DNA of 64,000 nucleotides from Chloroflexota bacterium (GTDB lineage: Bacteria; Chloroflexota; UBA11872; VXOZ01). A program made the position numbers and the translations under genes. The first letter of the stretch is position 1, and each line of letters begins with the position of its first letter. The notes beneath the pieces are model-generated. The model was not told the DNA's origin. It did not search any database and was given only the letters and a program-made list of their open reading frames with translations. Shown in pieces: positions 1 to 10,004 of the stretch. Where the stretch lies: contig OY760183.1 of assembly GCA_963663275.1 (NCBI GenBank), positions 2,336,001 through 2,400,000 on the forward strand, in the 5' to 3' direction.

Positions 1-1
1 C

Positions 2-973
<972 letters not shown>

Positions 974-989
974 GTAGACGCTTCGTTAC

Positions 990-2348
990 CTACTCGTCGC
1001 TCGGCCAACGCCGAAGGTTAACCCGGGATTGCTCCGTACTGAGCGCCGCGAGTTCTTGGAGATAGCGCGCATGGAGCCGTTGGGCGATATCCGGATTATC
1101 CCCAATCACATTCCGCTCCTCGCCCGCGTCCGCTGCCAGGTTATAGAGTTCGGCACACTCCAGGCCGCGATTGCCGGGATCCATGAGCGTCCATTTCCCA
1201 TCGTTGACCGTGCTGTACACCAGCGTTTCTTCGTCCCTCGGCAACAGCGGCGAACTGATGGCGGCGTCGCGGTGGGTGTCGGTGTCGCCGCGCAGCACGG
1301 GAACCAGCGAACGACCGTGCAGCCCATCCGGCAGCGGCACGCCGGCCAATTCCAAGACCGTCGGCATCACGTCAATCGCCTGCACGAGCGCATCGGTACG
1401 CCGCGCCGCCACGCCCGGCACGTGCGCGAGCAGCGGTACCCGCGACACCTCCCGGTACATCGGCCAGCCCTGTTTGGGTTCCAGCACCGTGTGTTTGCCG
1501 ATGTAACCGTGTTCGCCGATATAGAAGCCGTGGTCGGCGTTGAAGACGATCAGCGTGTCGTCCCACAGGTCGAGGTGCTTGACCCGTTCGATGAAGTGGC
1601 CGAACCAGGTATCCGTCAGCGACACCGAACCGGCATAGAGCGCGCGGGCGTGATTGAGTTCCGGCTCAGTCAGGTAGTCGCAGCGGTCGTAGCGCGGCCA
1701 GAAGATCTTTTCGCCCTCGTAGCCGGGATCGTACATGTCGGTGTAATGCTGCGGCGGATCCCAAGGCTCGTGGGGTGTGAAGGTATCGACGTAGAGGAAG
1801 AACTTCTCGTGGGTGTAGTTGCGCTCCAGCCAATCGGCTGCCTGTGAGAAGGTCTGCGCCACGAAGTGTTCGCGCTCATGCGTGCGGTAGTAGACGTTCT
1901 TGAGGTAGATCACGGCCTTGTCGGGCATGCGAATCTTCTCCGGCGCGCACGGCAGTTCAACCGGCACCGGATCGGTGATGTACGGCTCGCCGGCTTGGCC
2001 GCGCACCGCTTGCCAGCCGTCGAAGCCCGCGTGAAAGTTCATGCCCGGTCGAAAGAGTTGCACGTGGTCCACCACCATCTGGTTGACGTATCCCTCGCGC
2101 CCCAGCAGCGTAGCCAAGGTCTCCTCTCCCGCCGCCAGCGGCGCCCAACCGCGCGTTTGATAGACATAATGTCCCGCAAGCAGGTCCGTGCGGTGCGGGA
2201 TGGTGGGAAATGAACCCACGTAGGCATTGTCGAAATTGACGCACTGTGCCGCAAACGCATCCAGATGGGGCGTGCGAATAGCCGGATTGCCGTTCGCGCC
2301 AATGTGGTCGTACCGGAAGGTGTCGGAAACAATCAGAATGATGTTCAT
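990..2348 (-). CDS. Sulfatase / alkaline-phosphatase-superfamily hydrolase with Thr at the nucleophile position
   Basis: NIILIVSDT, TPHLD, SFPTIPHR (C/S-x-P-x-R position holds T), PHEPWDPP, ADHG, IDVMPTVLEL, ELYNL. Confidence 0.9.
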   Translation of the reverse strand: MNIILIVSDTFRYDHIGANGNPAIRTPHLDAFAAQCVNFDNAYVGSFPTIPHRTDLLAGHYVYQTRGWAPLAAGEETLATLLGREGYVNQMVVDHVQLFRPGMNFHAGFDGWQAVRGQAGEPYITDPVPVELPCAPEKIRMPDKAVIYLKNVYYRTHEREHFVAQTFSQAADWLERNYTHEKFFLYVDTFTPHEPWDPPQHYTDMYDPGYEGEKIFWPRYDRCDYLTEPELNHARALYAGSVSLTDTWFGHFIERVKHLDLWDDTLIVFNADHGFYIGEHGYIGKHTVLEPKQGWPMYREVSRVPLLAHVPGVAARRTDALVQAIDVMPTVLELAGVPLPDGLHGRSLVPVLRGDTDTHRDAAISSPLLPRDEETLVYSTVNDGKWTLMDPGNRGLECAELYNLAADAGEERNVIGDNPDIAQRLHARYLQELAALSTEQSRVNLRRWPSDE

Positions 2349-2507
2349 GCCTGCTCCTCACGGTCTTCATGAAACGCTCGGCGTGGCGCCGAATCCGCTC
2401 TTGAGTCTTCTCTCGTAGACTGCGCGGCCGCACACGCCAGTCCCGTATCAGCCATCAACTGCAAATCATGGTATCCTAGACCCGCGAATCACTCAATGGC
2501 AGATTAA

Positions 2508-2850
2508 CGTAGCGCGGGGGCTTGTCCCCCGCCTCCTGGCAGGATAGCGTAGCGCGGGGGCTTGTCCCCCGCCTCTTGGCAGGATAGCGTAGCGCGGGGG
2601 CTTGTCCCCCGCCGCCTGGCAGGTAACCGTAGCGCGGGGGCTCGTCCCCCGCCGCCTGGCAGGGCAGCGTAGCGCGGGGGCTCGTCCCCCGCCTCCTGGC
2701 AGGATAGCGTAGCGCGGGGGCTTGTCCCCCGCCTCTTGGCAGGATAGCGTAGCGCGGGGGCTTGTCCCCCGCCGCCTGGCAGGTAACCGTAGCGCGGGGG
2801 CTTGTCCCCAATACTGTCGCATTAACGTAGCGCGGGGGCTTGTCCCCCGC
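2508..2850 (+). repeat. Tandem array of GTAG-type REP hairpins (family 1), 9 copies, 40-bp period
   Basis: CGTAGCGCGGGGGCTTGTCCCCCGC at 2508, 2548, 2588, 2628, 2668, 2708, 2748, 2788 (variant end) and 2826; stem GCGGGGG/CCCCCGC. Confidence 0.93.
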
Positions 2851-2895
2851 CGGAACAAGAAAAATGAGAACGGAATGGATTGACCTTACGGAAGA

Positions 2896-2922
2896 CGCAG
2901 GTTACAAACCTGCGCTACCGGA
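2896..2922 (-). repeat. GTAG-type REP hairpin (family 2)
   Basis: Reverse complement TCCGGTAGCGCAGGTTTGTAACCTGCG is identical to 11564-11590. Confidence 0.88.
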
Positions 2923-2969
2923 GAAACGAGCGTTGTTTTCACTCTCATTGTGTTTAATGCGACAGCATT

Positions 2970-3145
2970 GGGGCTTGTCCCCCGCCGCCTGGCAGGGCAG
3001 CGTAGCGCAGGGGCTTGTCCCCCGCCTCTTGGCAGGATAGCGTAGCGCGGGGGCTTGTCCCCCGCCGCCTGGCAGGGCAGCGTAGCGCAGGGGCTTGTCC
3101 CCCGCCGCCTGGCAGGGCAGCGTAGCGCGGGGGCTTGTCCCCCGC
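2970..3145 (+). repeat. Second tandem array of family-1 REPs (1 partial + 4 copies)
   Basis: Units at 3001, 3041, 3081, 3121 plus partial unit from 2970; same linkers as the first array. Confidence 0.92.
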
Positions 3146-3224
3146 CTCCGGCTTGCGACGCGCACGACTTGCCGGAATATGACCAAAACCGCCCCAAGAC
3201 GATACTGTCGTGAAAGGCAACGCA

Positions 3225-4103
3225 GTGGCCGACATTCAAATTGGCATTCAAGCCAACGCGTGGCTCCGCGAATTCCCAATCGCGGAGAACCTTGATAGCG
3301 TGCTTCAACAAATCGCGGAATCCGGCTACAGCGGAGTCGAGATTGGCTACCACTTCCTGGCGGGAGGACGATTCAACGCCTTGCGCCCCGGCGGCGCGCC
3401 GCCGGCCGGCGACAGCGAAGAGACGACGATGCCGGATCCACAAGAGGTAGGCGCGCTCATCGCGAGTCATGGTCTTGTACTGGCGGCTCTACACACCGGC
3501 GGCGTCTTCTACGAGGATGAGACGGCCCGGGCGCAGACGCTGCCCAATCTGGAAATCATCGCCGCCTTTGCCCAAGCCATCGGCTGCCGCAACGTCCTCA
3601 TCAGTCCCGGCGCCAAGCCGGGAGCGGCAAAGACTGCCCAAGAACTCGAGACGCAGAACCGGTTCCTGCAAGCAGCCTGCGCGCTCTTCGCGAACCACGG
3701 CGCGCACTGCTTCCATCACACGCACGGGCCGGAGCTCGAGGACGACTTCCGCGAAATGCGGCAGATCCTCGAACTGGACCCGGCGCACATCAGTTTGGCG
3801 TATGATATTGCCAATGCCGCCCGCGTTATCGGGCCGCAAGCTGCCGTGGACTTCATCGGCGCTTTTCGCTCCCGCATTGGCTACGTGCACTATAAGGACT
3901 GCCGCGCCGACGGCGTGTTGGTCGAGGCCATCGGCGACGGCGCGATTGATTGGCAGGAGGTGGCGCGCCTCCTAACCAGCACAGATTACGGCGGCTGGGT
4001 GGTGGTGGAGATCGAGCCGGGGCACGGCATGGAGGCGCACCGCTCGGTCAAGGAGGATGCGGCTCTGAGCCGGCAGCGCATCCGCGAGACTCTCGGCGTG
4101 TAG
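3225..4103 (+). CDS. Sugar phosphate isomerase/epimerase (xylose-isomerase-like TIM barrel, IolE-like)
   Basis: GYSGVE, HHTH, YDIAN, YVHYKD, IGDGAIDW, GWVVVE; GTG start after GAAAGG. Confidence 0.85.
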   Translation: MADIQIGIQANAWLREFPIAENLDSVLQQIAESGYSGVEIGYHFLAGGRFNALRPGGAPPAGDSEETTMPDPQEVGALIASHGLVLAALHTGGVFYEDETARAQTLPNLEIIAAFAQAIGCRNVLISPGAKPGAAKTAQELETQNRFLQAACALFANHGAHCFHHTHGPELEDDFREMRQILELDPAHISLAYDIANAARVIGPQAAVDFIGAFRSRIGYVHYKDCRADGVLVEAIGDGAIDWQEVARLLTSTDYGGWVVVEIEPGHGMEAHRSVKEDAALSRQRIRETLGV

Positions 4104-4117
4104 CCAGGCAGGGCGCA

Positions 4118-4939
4118 ATGGCATACCGACGGTTCATCGACGCGCACGTGCACTATCCGCAGGCCGCGTTCGACCCCACCGGCTCGCAGATTCCGGTGGA
4201 TCGCCAGCTTGAAGACCTGCTGGCGATGGAGCGCGCGCTGGGCTGCCGGCGGCTGTGCCTGCTCTCCACCGGAAACCCGCCCACCCACGAGGCGGTGGCG
4301 CGTCTGATAGCGGAATTTCCCGATTTCGTCGTTGGCTTTGGCTACGTCCGCCTTGGGGTTGACGCGCCAAACGTTGTCGATAAACTCGGTGACATGGGTT
4401 TTCGCGGCCTCAAGACGATCAGCCCAACCGACAATTACGACAGCAAGGCCTTCTATCCGATCTACGAGCGTGCCGAAGCGCGGCAGATGCCGTTCCTGTT
4501 TCACACCGGTCAACTCTTTCGCGCCCCGGGCAGCGGCTCCCGCGCCGAGGACGTGAGCACCGCCCGCATGATGCCCTGGATGCTCGATCCGATCGCCCGC
4601 GCCTTTCCCAAGCTCACGCTCATCGGCGCGCACCTCGGCTCGCCGTCGTTTGCCGAGGCCGCGTGGGTGGCGCGCTGGAATGAAAACGTCTACTGGGACC
4701 TGAGCGGCCCGATCACGATTCGCTACGGCAACCGCGCCATCGTGCACGACATGATGTACCAGGCGGTGGCGGGCGCGGGCATCGCCCACAAACTGGTGTT
4801 CGGCTCCGACGTGACGCCGCCGGAGATCCCAGACGTGGTTATCGCCTACGATGCGTTTCTGGACCGCCTTGGCGCCGATTCCCTGGACAAAGACCAAGTG
4901 TTCTACGGCAACATGGCGCGCATCCTCGGCTTAGAGTGA
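4118..4939 (+). CDS. Amidohydrolase family protein (Amidohydro_2)
   Basis: IDAHVH, GFRGLK, FHTG, GAHLG, NVYWDLS, FGSD. Confidence 0.88.
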   Translation: MAYRRFIDAHVHYPQAAFDPTGSQIPVDRQLEDLLAMERALGCRRLCLLSTGNPPTHEAVARLIAEFPDFVVGFGYVRLGVDAPNVVDKLGDMGFRGLKTISPTDNYDSKAFYPIYERAEARQMPFLFHTGQLFRAPGSGSRAEDVSTARMMPWMLDPIARAFPKLTLIGAHLGSPSFAEAAWVARWNENVYWDLSGPITIRYGNRAIVHDMMYQAVAGAGIAHKLVFGSDVTPPEIPDVVIAYDAFLDRLGADSLDKDQVFYGNMARILGLE

Positions 4940-5769
4940 GCGAGCAGTCTATGACCGATTACGCCTTCGCGGACATTCCCATGCTGGAGCGGCCCGGCAA
5001 GCCCCGGGCGGCCGGCCAGACGATGATGATCGACTTCGGGCTGGGCCTGCGCCAGCAGGAGGACATCCTTCAGCTTACGGGCGCATACATCGATTCCGCC
5101 AAACTTGCGGTAGGTGTCGCCCGGCTCCTGCCGCGCGAACTCGTGAGGCGCAAGATCATGCTCTACCAAACGTACGATGTACTGCCGTATCCTGGGGGGC
5201 AGTTCCTGGAGTACGCGGTGCTTTGCGGGAGCGTGGACGCCTATCTGGCGGAAGCGCGGGCGCTTGGCTTCCCGGCAATCGAGGTTTCCGACAATCTCCT
5301 CTCGATCACGCTGGATGACAAGCGGGCCCTCATTGCGAAGGCAAGAGAAGTGTACGGCCTGGAGGTCTTTGGCGAAGTGGGCAAGAAAGAGGGTCTGGAC
5401 GTCACCGTCAGCCTGGAAGACGACATTCGCGCCTGCCTGGCGGCCGGCAGCGGTAAGGTGCTCATCGAAGCGGCGGAAATCTTTTCCCATGGGCGCGACA
5501 GGACCGCGGTGACGGGCCTCAAGGAGGCGGCGCCGCTTGAAAAGCTCATGTTCGAGCTTACGGGCCCGTGGATCGACGGCACGGCGTACGCCGAGCCGGA
5601 CACACTCGCGCGCTGGCTGATGGAGACCTTCGGCCCCAACGTGAACATCGGCAACGTCCAGCCGGACAGCCTGCTGCGCATAGAGACCGCGCGCAGGGGC
5701 CTGGGCGTGAACGCGGGCGGCGAACTTCCCGATGGACTATCTCGCGGGAATGCCGCTCAAGAGGACTGA
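4936..5769 (+). CDS. comA: Phosphosulfolactate synthase (ComA family)
   Basis: KPRAAGQTMMIDFG, YPGGQFLE, IEVSDN, EVGKK, VLIEA, FGPNVNIGN, IETARRGL; GTGA overlap with upstream gene. Confidence 0.88.
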   Translation: MSEQSMTDYAFADIPMLERPGKPRAAGQTMMIDFGLGLRQQEDILQLTGAYIDSAKLAVGVARLLPRELVRRKIMLYQTYDVLPYPGGQFLEYAVLCGSVDAYLAEARALGFPAIEVSDNLLSITLDDKRALIAKAREVYGLEVFGEVGKKEGLDVTVSLEDDIRACLAAGSGKVLIEAAEIFSHGRDRTAVTGLKEAAPLEKLMFELTGPWIDGTAYAEPDTLARWLMETFGPNVNIGNVQPDSLLRIETARRGLGVNAGGELPDGLSRGNAAQED

Positions 5770-5854
5770 CGATGAACGAAGAAGAGGCGCCGCTCCCGGT
5801 CACCGGCGCCTTTGTCCGGAAGCCGCGGCGCTAGCCCAAGGCGCAGCACCCTAA

Positions 5855-5996
5855 GGGAAATCTTGCATTACTCCGTCATTTCGGCGAAAGCCGGATTCCA
5901 GGACGCAACTATAACTAGAATTAGCTTGAAGTCAAGCCAATTCACCCCCATCCCAACTTTCCCCCTCAATGGGGAAGGGGTTATGCAAGGGTCTCC
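5855..5996. mobile_element. Putative IS5-family-derived MITE with internal hairpins
   Basis: Imperfect TIRs GGGAAATCTTGCATTAC / GTTATGCAAGGGTCTCC (12/17) with CTAAG at both junctions. Confidence 0.55.
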
Positions 5997-6817
5997 TAAG
6001 TTAGACCCCCATCCAGCAGCGCGGGCAGGTCCGTAAGCGCGGCAATCTGCCGCGTTCCCGCCGGCAGCGGCTCATCGTCGCGGTTGAGCAGGACTGCGAA
6101 GAGTCCCGCCTGCCGCGCGCCGTGGTAATCGTTGCGCACGTCGTCACCGACGTAGACGGCGTGCTCCGGTTTTGCCCCAAGCCGCTCGAGGGCCGCGTGG
6201 AAGATGACTGGGTCCGGCTTGGTAACCCCTATGTCGGCCGAGGAGACCACCACGCTGAACCAGTGCCTCAAGTCGAGTTGCTCCAGGTAGTCGTCCAGCA
6301 TCGCGTTGAAGTTGCTCACCACGCCCAGCGTCAGCCCGCGCGCGCGCAATGTGGCGAGCGCCGGCTCCACGTCGGGAAAGACCACGAAGGGAAAGAGGGC
6401 GAGCAGGTGCTGGCGCATGCGCTCCCGTGGAAACTGTGTGAGCGCAAGTTCCGCCAGCACGAGATCGCTCACGTCATCTTCCAGTTGCCGCAGTTCGCGC
6501 TCGTTCCGAATGAATGGGAAACGCTTCTGGTAGACGGCAATCTCCGCGTAGAGCGCCTGTTCCGCGCGCTCCGGCGCCACGCGCACGCCGTCTGCCGCCA
6601 GGAGTTGGCAAAGCTGCGCCGCCGGTGAACCGAATGCAACCGGCGCGAACAGCGTGCCGTATGCGTCCAGCAAGACAAGCGGCCGCCGCTTGCTAATCGC
6701 AGGCTCCCGCAGGCGGGCGCTTGGCGCAGCGCCGCCGGCGGCGTCGGGCGCACTCATCGCTTTCACGGCTGCAATCCTTCGCGCTTGCCGGCCGTCCGGC
6801 TGGGATTTACTCATCAT
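5996..6817 (-). CDS. HAD-superfamily hydrolase (start uncertain, 6817 or 6757)
   Basis: LLDAYGTL, VVSN, KPDP, YVGDD..NDY.GA. Confidence 0.88.
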   Translation of the reverse strand: MMSKSQPDGRQARRIAAVKAMSAPDAAGGAAPSARLREPAISKRRPLVLLDAYGTLFAPVAFGSPAAQLCQLLAADGVRVAPERAEQALYAEIAVYQKRFPFIRNERELRQLEDDVSDLVLAELALTQFPRERMRQHLLALFPFVVFPDVEPALATLRARGLTLGVVSNFNAMLDDYLEQLDLRHWFSVVVSSADIGVTKPDPVIFHAALERLGAKPEHAVYVGDDVRNDYHGARQAGLFAVLLNRDDEPLPAGTRQIAALTDLPALLDGGLT

Positions 6818-7033
6818 AGACCGGACTACCGTTAGTGATGGCCGAAGTCTTCCTACGAGGCAGCATCTCAAAACCCGCGTTGGAATGCAATTGTCCTGCC
6901 GCGATTTGCGAAAAGGTACTTGACCAATAATGCATGTATCGGTTACTATTGTCTCGCTGGGTGCTATTGCATAGTACAATGGTCATAAAGTGGGGGATAG
7001 TTGGTAATCACGCCTGTAGAAAGCGCTGGCACA

Positions 7034-7525
7034 ATGAGCGAACCATTGCTGGAGGAGGAAATCTGGGGGCCGACCGCCGACTATCTCGGTGGCAACGTAG
7101 CCGGCCTGTCGAACGCGGTGACGAAGGGCATAGCGATGCAACTCCAACCATTCGCGCTTACGCCAATCGAGTTCGCGATACTTGGCATTTGCTATCGCTC
7201 CGGCACCACAACGGTTTCCCGCATGGCGCGGGTGATGCCGGTTGACGCCGGCCGCATGAGCCGCATTGTCAACAAGCTCTACGAGCAGGGCCTGATGACC
7301 AGGACCCGCCTGAAGAACGACCGGCGGGTGGTGCACCTTGGACTGACTGAAGAGGGGCTGCGTCTGGTACCCGAACTGATCGAACGTGTCCAGGAGCAGA
7401 ATGCCATTCTGGCGGAGGGCATCACGTCGGAAGAGCGTGCCGTGTTCATTGCGGTGTCCGAGAAAATTGTCTCGAACTTCGCGCGCAAGCGGTTGGAAGA
7501 GAACGCCGGTCAGAGGTTGGACTAG
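7034..7525 (+). CDS. MarR family transcriptional regulator
   Basis: LTPIEFAIL, SRIVNKLYEQGL, DRRVVHLGLTEEG. Confidence 0.9.
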   Translation: MSEPLLEEEIWGPTADYLGGNVAGLSNAVTKGIAMQLQPFALTPIEFAILGICYRSGTTTVSRMARVMPVDAGRMSRIVNKLYEQGLMTRTRLKNDRRVVHLGLTEEGLRLVPELIERVQEQNAILAEGITSEERAVFIAVSEKIVSNFARKRLEENAGQRLD

Positions 7526-7719
7526 GCCGGGAGTGCCGCGCGCTTCTCGGAAGCCCGGCGCGGTAGCCTTGCGCGCCCGGCGCAACGGTATCACGCCGTA
7601 CGGCGCAGTCACGTCGTTGGACGCTTCGACAGATCCGCAGGCTTGCTCATCGTCTGCAGGATTGCCAATCGGGAAGGCGCGCACTCGATGCTGAGCGTAA
7701 ACCGGCTTCAGGCGCGACG

Positions 7720-8505
7720 CTACCACCAGCGCCACGGCATGGGGTTCTCGTAGTAGCGCACGGGCACGTTGGGCAGCATTGCCTGGAGTTCCTGGGCGTA
7801 CTGGGCCAATCCGGGATTCTCACTCACCTCGTGGCTCGTTTCGATCATGGGCACGCCGGATTCCCAGGCGAAGTGCATGCCGTAGTTGTCGCTCTCACCG
7901 GCAATGAACACGTCGCAGCCGTACTTGAGCAGCGACTGCATGTAGCCCACGTTCACGAAGAGTCCCAGACCGCCCCAGGGCAACCCGGCGCGCCGCACCG
8001 GCGCCGCCGGATCATGCGGCGTGGCCCGCACCGCCGCCATCCCCAGCGCGGACTTGACCCGCTCCACCAGTCCGCCAAACGTGGTGTCCGCCGGCAGGTC
8101 GTACGCCTTGAGATAGGGCCCCTCGTCCACCACCGGCGCGCCAAGCCCCAGTTTCGCGGCAAACGCCGTGAAGATGCGGTGGCGATCCAGCGTCCCGTGT
8201 ACCCGCATGACCGCAATCCCATGCTGCGCGAGCAGTTTCATGCGGCGTTGGTTGACGCGCCAACTCAGATAGTCTACCGGCGCGCCGCTGTTCTGCGGCC
8301 GCCACGACGGAAAATAGAGATCCTCGTGGGCGATGATGAGATTGTCCCCCGCTTTCCCGGCATGGCGGATTGCGTCCAGGCTCGCCATCCAGCACACCTG
8401 AACGCCGGTGACCTCCTGCTCCCGGTCGCCAAAGAGAATACCCTCATCGCCTCCCAGCGCGCCGCATGAGTCGACGATGACCTGTAGGACGTCTGAAGTG
8501 CGCAT
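7720..8505 (-). CDS. Nif3-like dinuclear metal centre protein
   Basis: LIIAHE, HGTLD, DVFIAGE, IETSHEVSENPG. Confidence 0.82.
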   Translation of the reverse strand: MRTSDVLQVIVDSCGALGGDEGILFGDREQEVTGVQVCWMASLDAIRHAGKAGDNLIIAHEDLYFPSWRPQNSGAPVDYLSWRVNQRRMKLLAQHGIAVMRVHGTLDRHRIFTAFAAKLGLGAPVVDEGPYLKAYDLPADTTFGGLVERVKSALGMAAVRATPHDPAAPVRRAGLPWGGLGLFVNVGYMQSLLKYGCDVFIAGESDNYGMHFAWESGVPMIETSHEVSENPGLAQYAQELQAMLPNVPVRYYENPMPWRWW

Positions 8506-8588
8506 TCTTCCACCTTTCTCTATGGCCTGACTTGCGCGTTCGACCCCACTGCATCATCATAGCGAATAGTAGCGACAGGGAGCAGTCG

Positions 8589-9953
8589 ATGAAAGACTGG
8601 ACGAATCGAGCGGACGAGCCGCTGCCGGAACGCCCGCCGCTGTGGGTGGGAGCCGCTAAGACGCAGATCACCCCGCCAGTCGGCAGTGTGCTCCAAAGCG
8701 GCATGACGATCACGTCAACCGGCGTGCTCGACGACCTCTATAGCACCGCGCTCGTGCTGGACGACGGCGCAACGAAAGTGGCGCTGGTCGGCAACGACGT
8801 CATCTACATGGAAGCGCCGATGGCGGCGGCGATACGGGAGCGCGTGGCCGCACAGACCGGCATTCCGGGTGACAACGTCCTGCTGAACGCCTCGCACACG
8901 CACTCCGGCCCTAACATCTGCATCCTGTCCCCCTATGACGTCGACATGGAGTACCGCGAATGGCTGATCCGGCAGATTGCCGATACGGTGGCGCGGGCCG
9001 ACGCCGCGCTGGAGCCGGCGACGCTGGCAATTGGGGAGGCGGAGGGCGAGTTCGCCGTCAATCGCCGCAAGGTGGTGGACGGCGCGTCCAGCATGTTGCC
9101 CAACTACGCGGCCACGGCGGACAACCGCGCGCGGGTCTTGCGTTTCGACCGTCCGGACGGCTCGGTCATCGCCATCGCATTCTCCATTGCCTGCCACGGC
9201 ACCGGTTTCGACTATCGCGGCGATGATCCGCTGATTGGGGGCGATTTCATTTCTCCGGCGAAAGATGAACTCGAGCGGTCGTTTGCGGCGGAAGGAGCGC
9301 CGATTGCGGTCTTTCTCACGGGCTGCGGAGGCAACATCCGTCCGCGGGTGCTCACGCCGGACGGCGACCGCTTCCATCCGTGCACGGCGGCAGAGATCCA
9401 GGCGCACGGGCGCGGGGCCGGGGCGGTAGCGGCGCGGGCGGCGCGGGAGAGCCACATGGCGGTGGGCTATCCTATTGCGGTTGCCAGGGAGCAACTGCCG
9501 CTGCCTTTCCAAGACCCGCCGACCATCGAGGAACTGCGGGATTTCCGCTGGCGCTCCGGGCGCGCGCGCTGGCACGCCTGGGCGGAACACCTCATCGAGA
9601 AGCTGGAAAAGGGTGAGGAATTGCCGCGCACGGTGGACATGGAAGTGCAGGTGGTGCGGCTGGGCGGCGTCTGCATCGTCGCCATGGGCGGCGAGGTCTT
9701 CGTGGAAATCGGTCTGGCGATCGAACGCGCCCTGCAAGAGAGCCACCAGGCGCAAATGGCCCTCACCCTCGGCTATAGCAATTCGGAAGTCGGCTACGTC
9801 TGCACCGCCAGCGCCTACCCGGAAGGCGGCTCCGAACCGGCGGACTTCTACCGCTGGTTCTGGTATCCGGCGCCGTTCAAGCCGGAGACGGAGGACTTCG
9901 TCGTGCAGCGGGCGCTGGCGCTCGCCCGGCAAGTGATTGCGCCGGAGGGATGA
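8589..9953 (+). CDS. Neutral/alkaline ceramidase-like hydrolase
   Basis: ITPP, ASHTHSGP, NRR, ACH, GCGGN, GGEVF. Confidence 0.8.
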   Translation: MKDWTNRADEPLPERPPLWVGAAKTQITPPVGSVLQSGMTITSTGVLDDLYSTALVLDDGATKVALVGNDVIYMEAPMAAAIRERVAAQTGIPGDNVLLNASHTHSGPNICILSPYDVDMEYREWLIRQIADTVARADAALEPATLAIGEAEGEFAVNRRKVVDGASSMLPNYAATADNRARVLRFDRPDGSVIAIAFSIACHGTGFDYRGDDPLIGGDFISPAKDELERSFAAEGAPIAVFLTGCGGNIRPRVLTPDGDRFHPCTAAEIQAHGRGAGAVAARAARESHMAVGYPIAVAREQLPLPFQDPPTIEELRDFRWRSGRARWHAWAEHLIEKLEKGEELPRTVDMEVQVVRLGGVCIVAMGGEVFVEIGLAIERALQESHQAQMALTLGYSNSEVGYVCTASAYPEGGSEPADFYRWFWYPAPFKPETEDFVVQRALALARQVIAPEG

Positions 9954-10004
9954 GAACCACGCCGCGGCAGATACCGAGCATTCAGCAATGAAGGAAGGCG
10001 CATA

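Noticed and set aside
2508-3145. CRISPR array
   Set aside because: Linkers are only 15 bp, similar and reused; no cas genes; the repeat also occurs dispersed as a GTAG REP
2476-3470. Repetitive minus-strand ORFs (RRRGTSPRATL...)
   Set aside because: By-product of a 40-bp unit that cycles through frames without stops on that strand
4936-5769. comA as evidence of coenzyme M synthesis or methanogenesis
   Set aside because: No other CoM genes; isolated ComA homologues are widespread
6966-6980. MarR operator ATTGCATAGTACAAT
   Set aside because: Only 10/15 palindromic in an AT-rich promoter region; too weak to call
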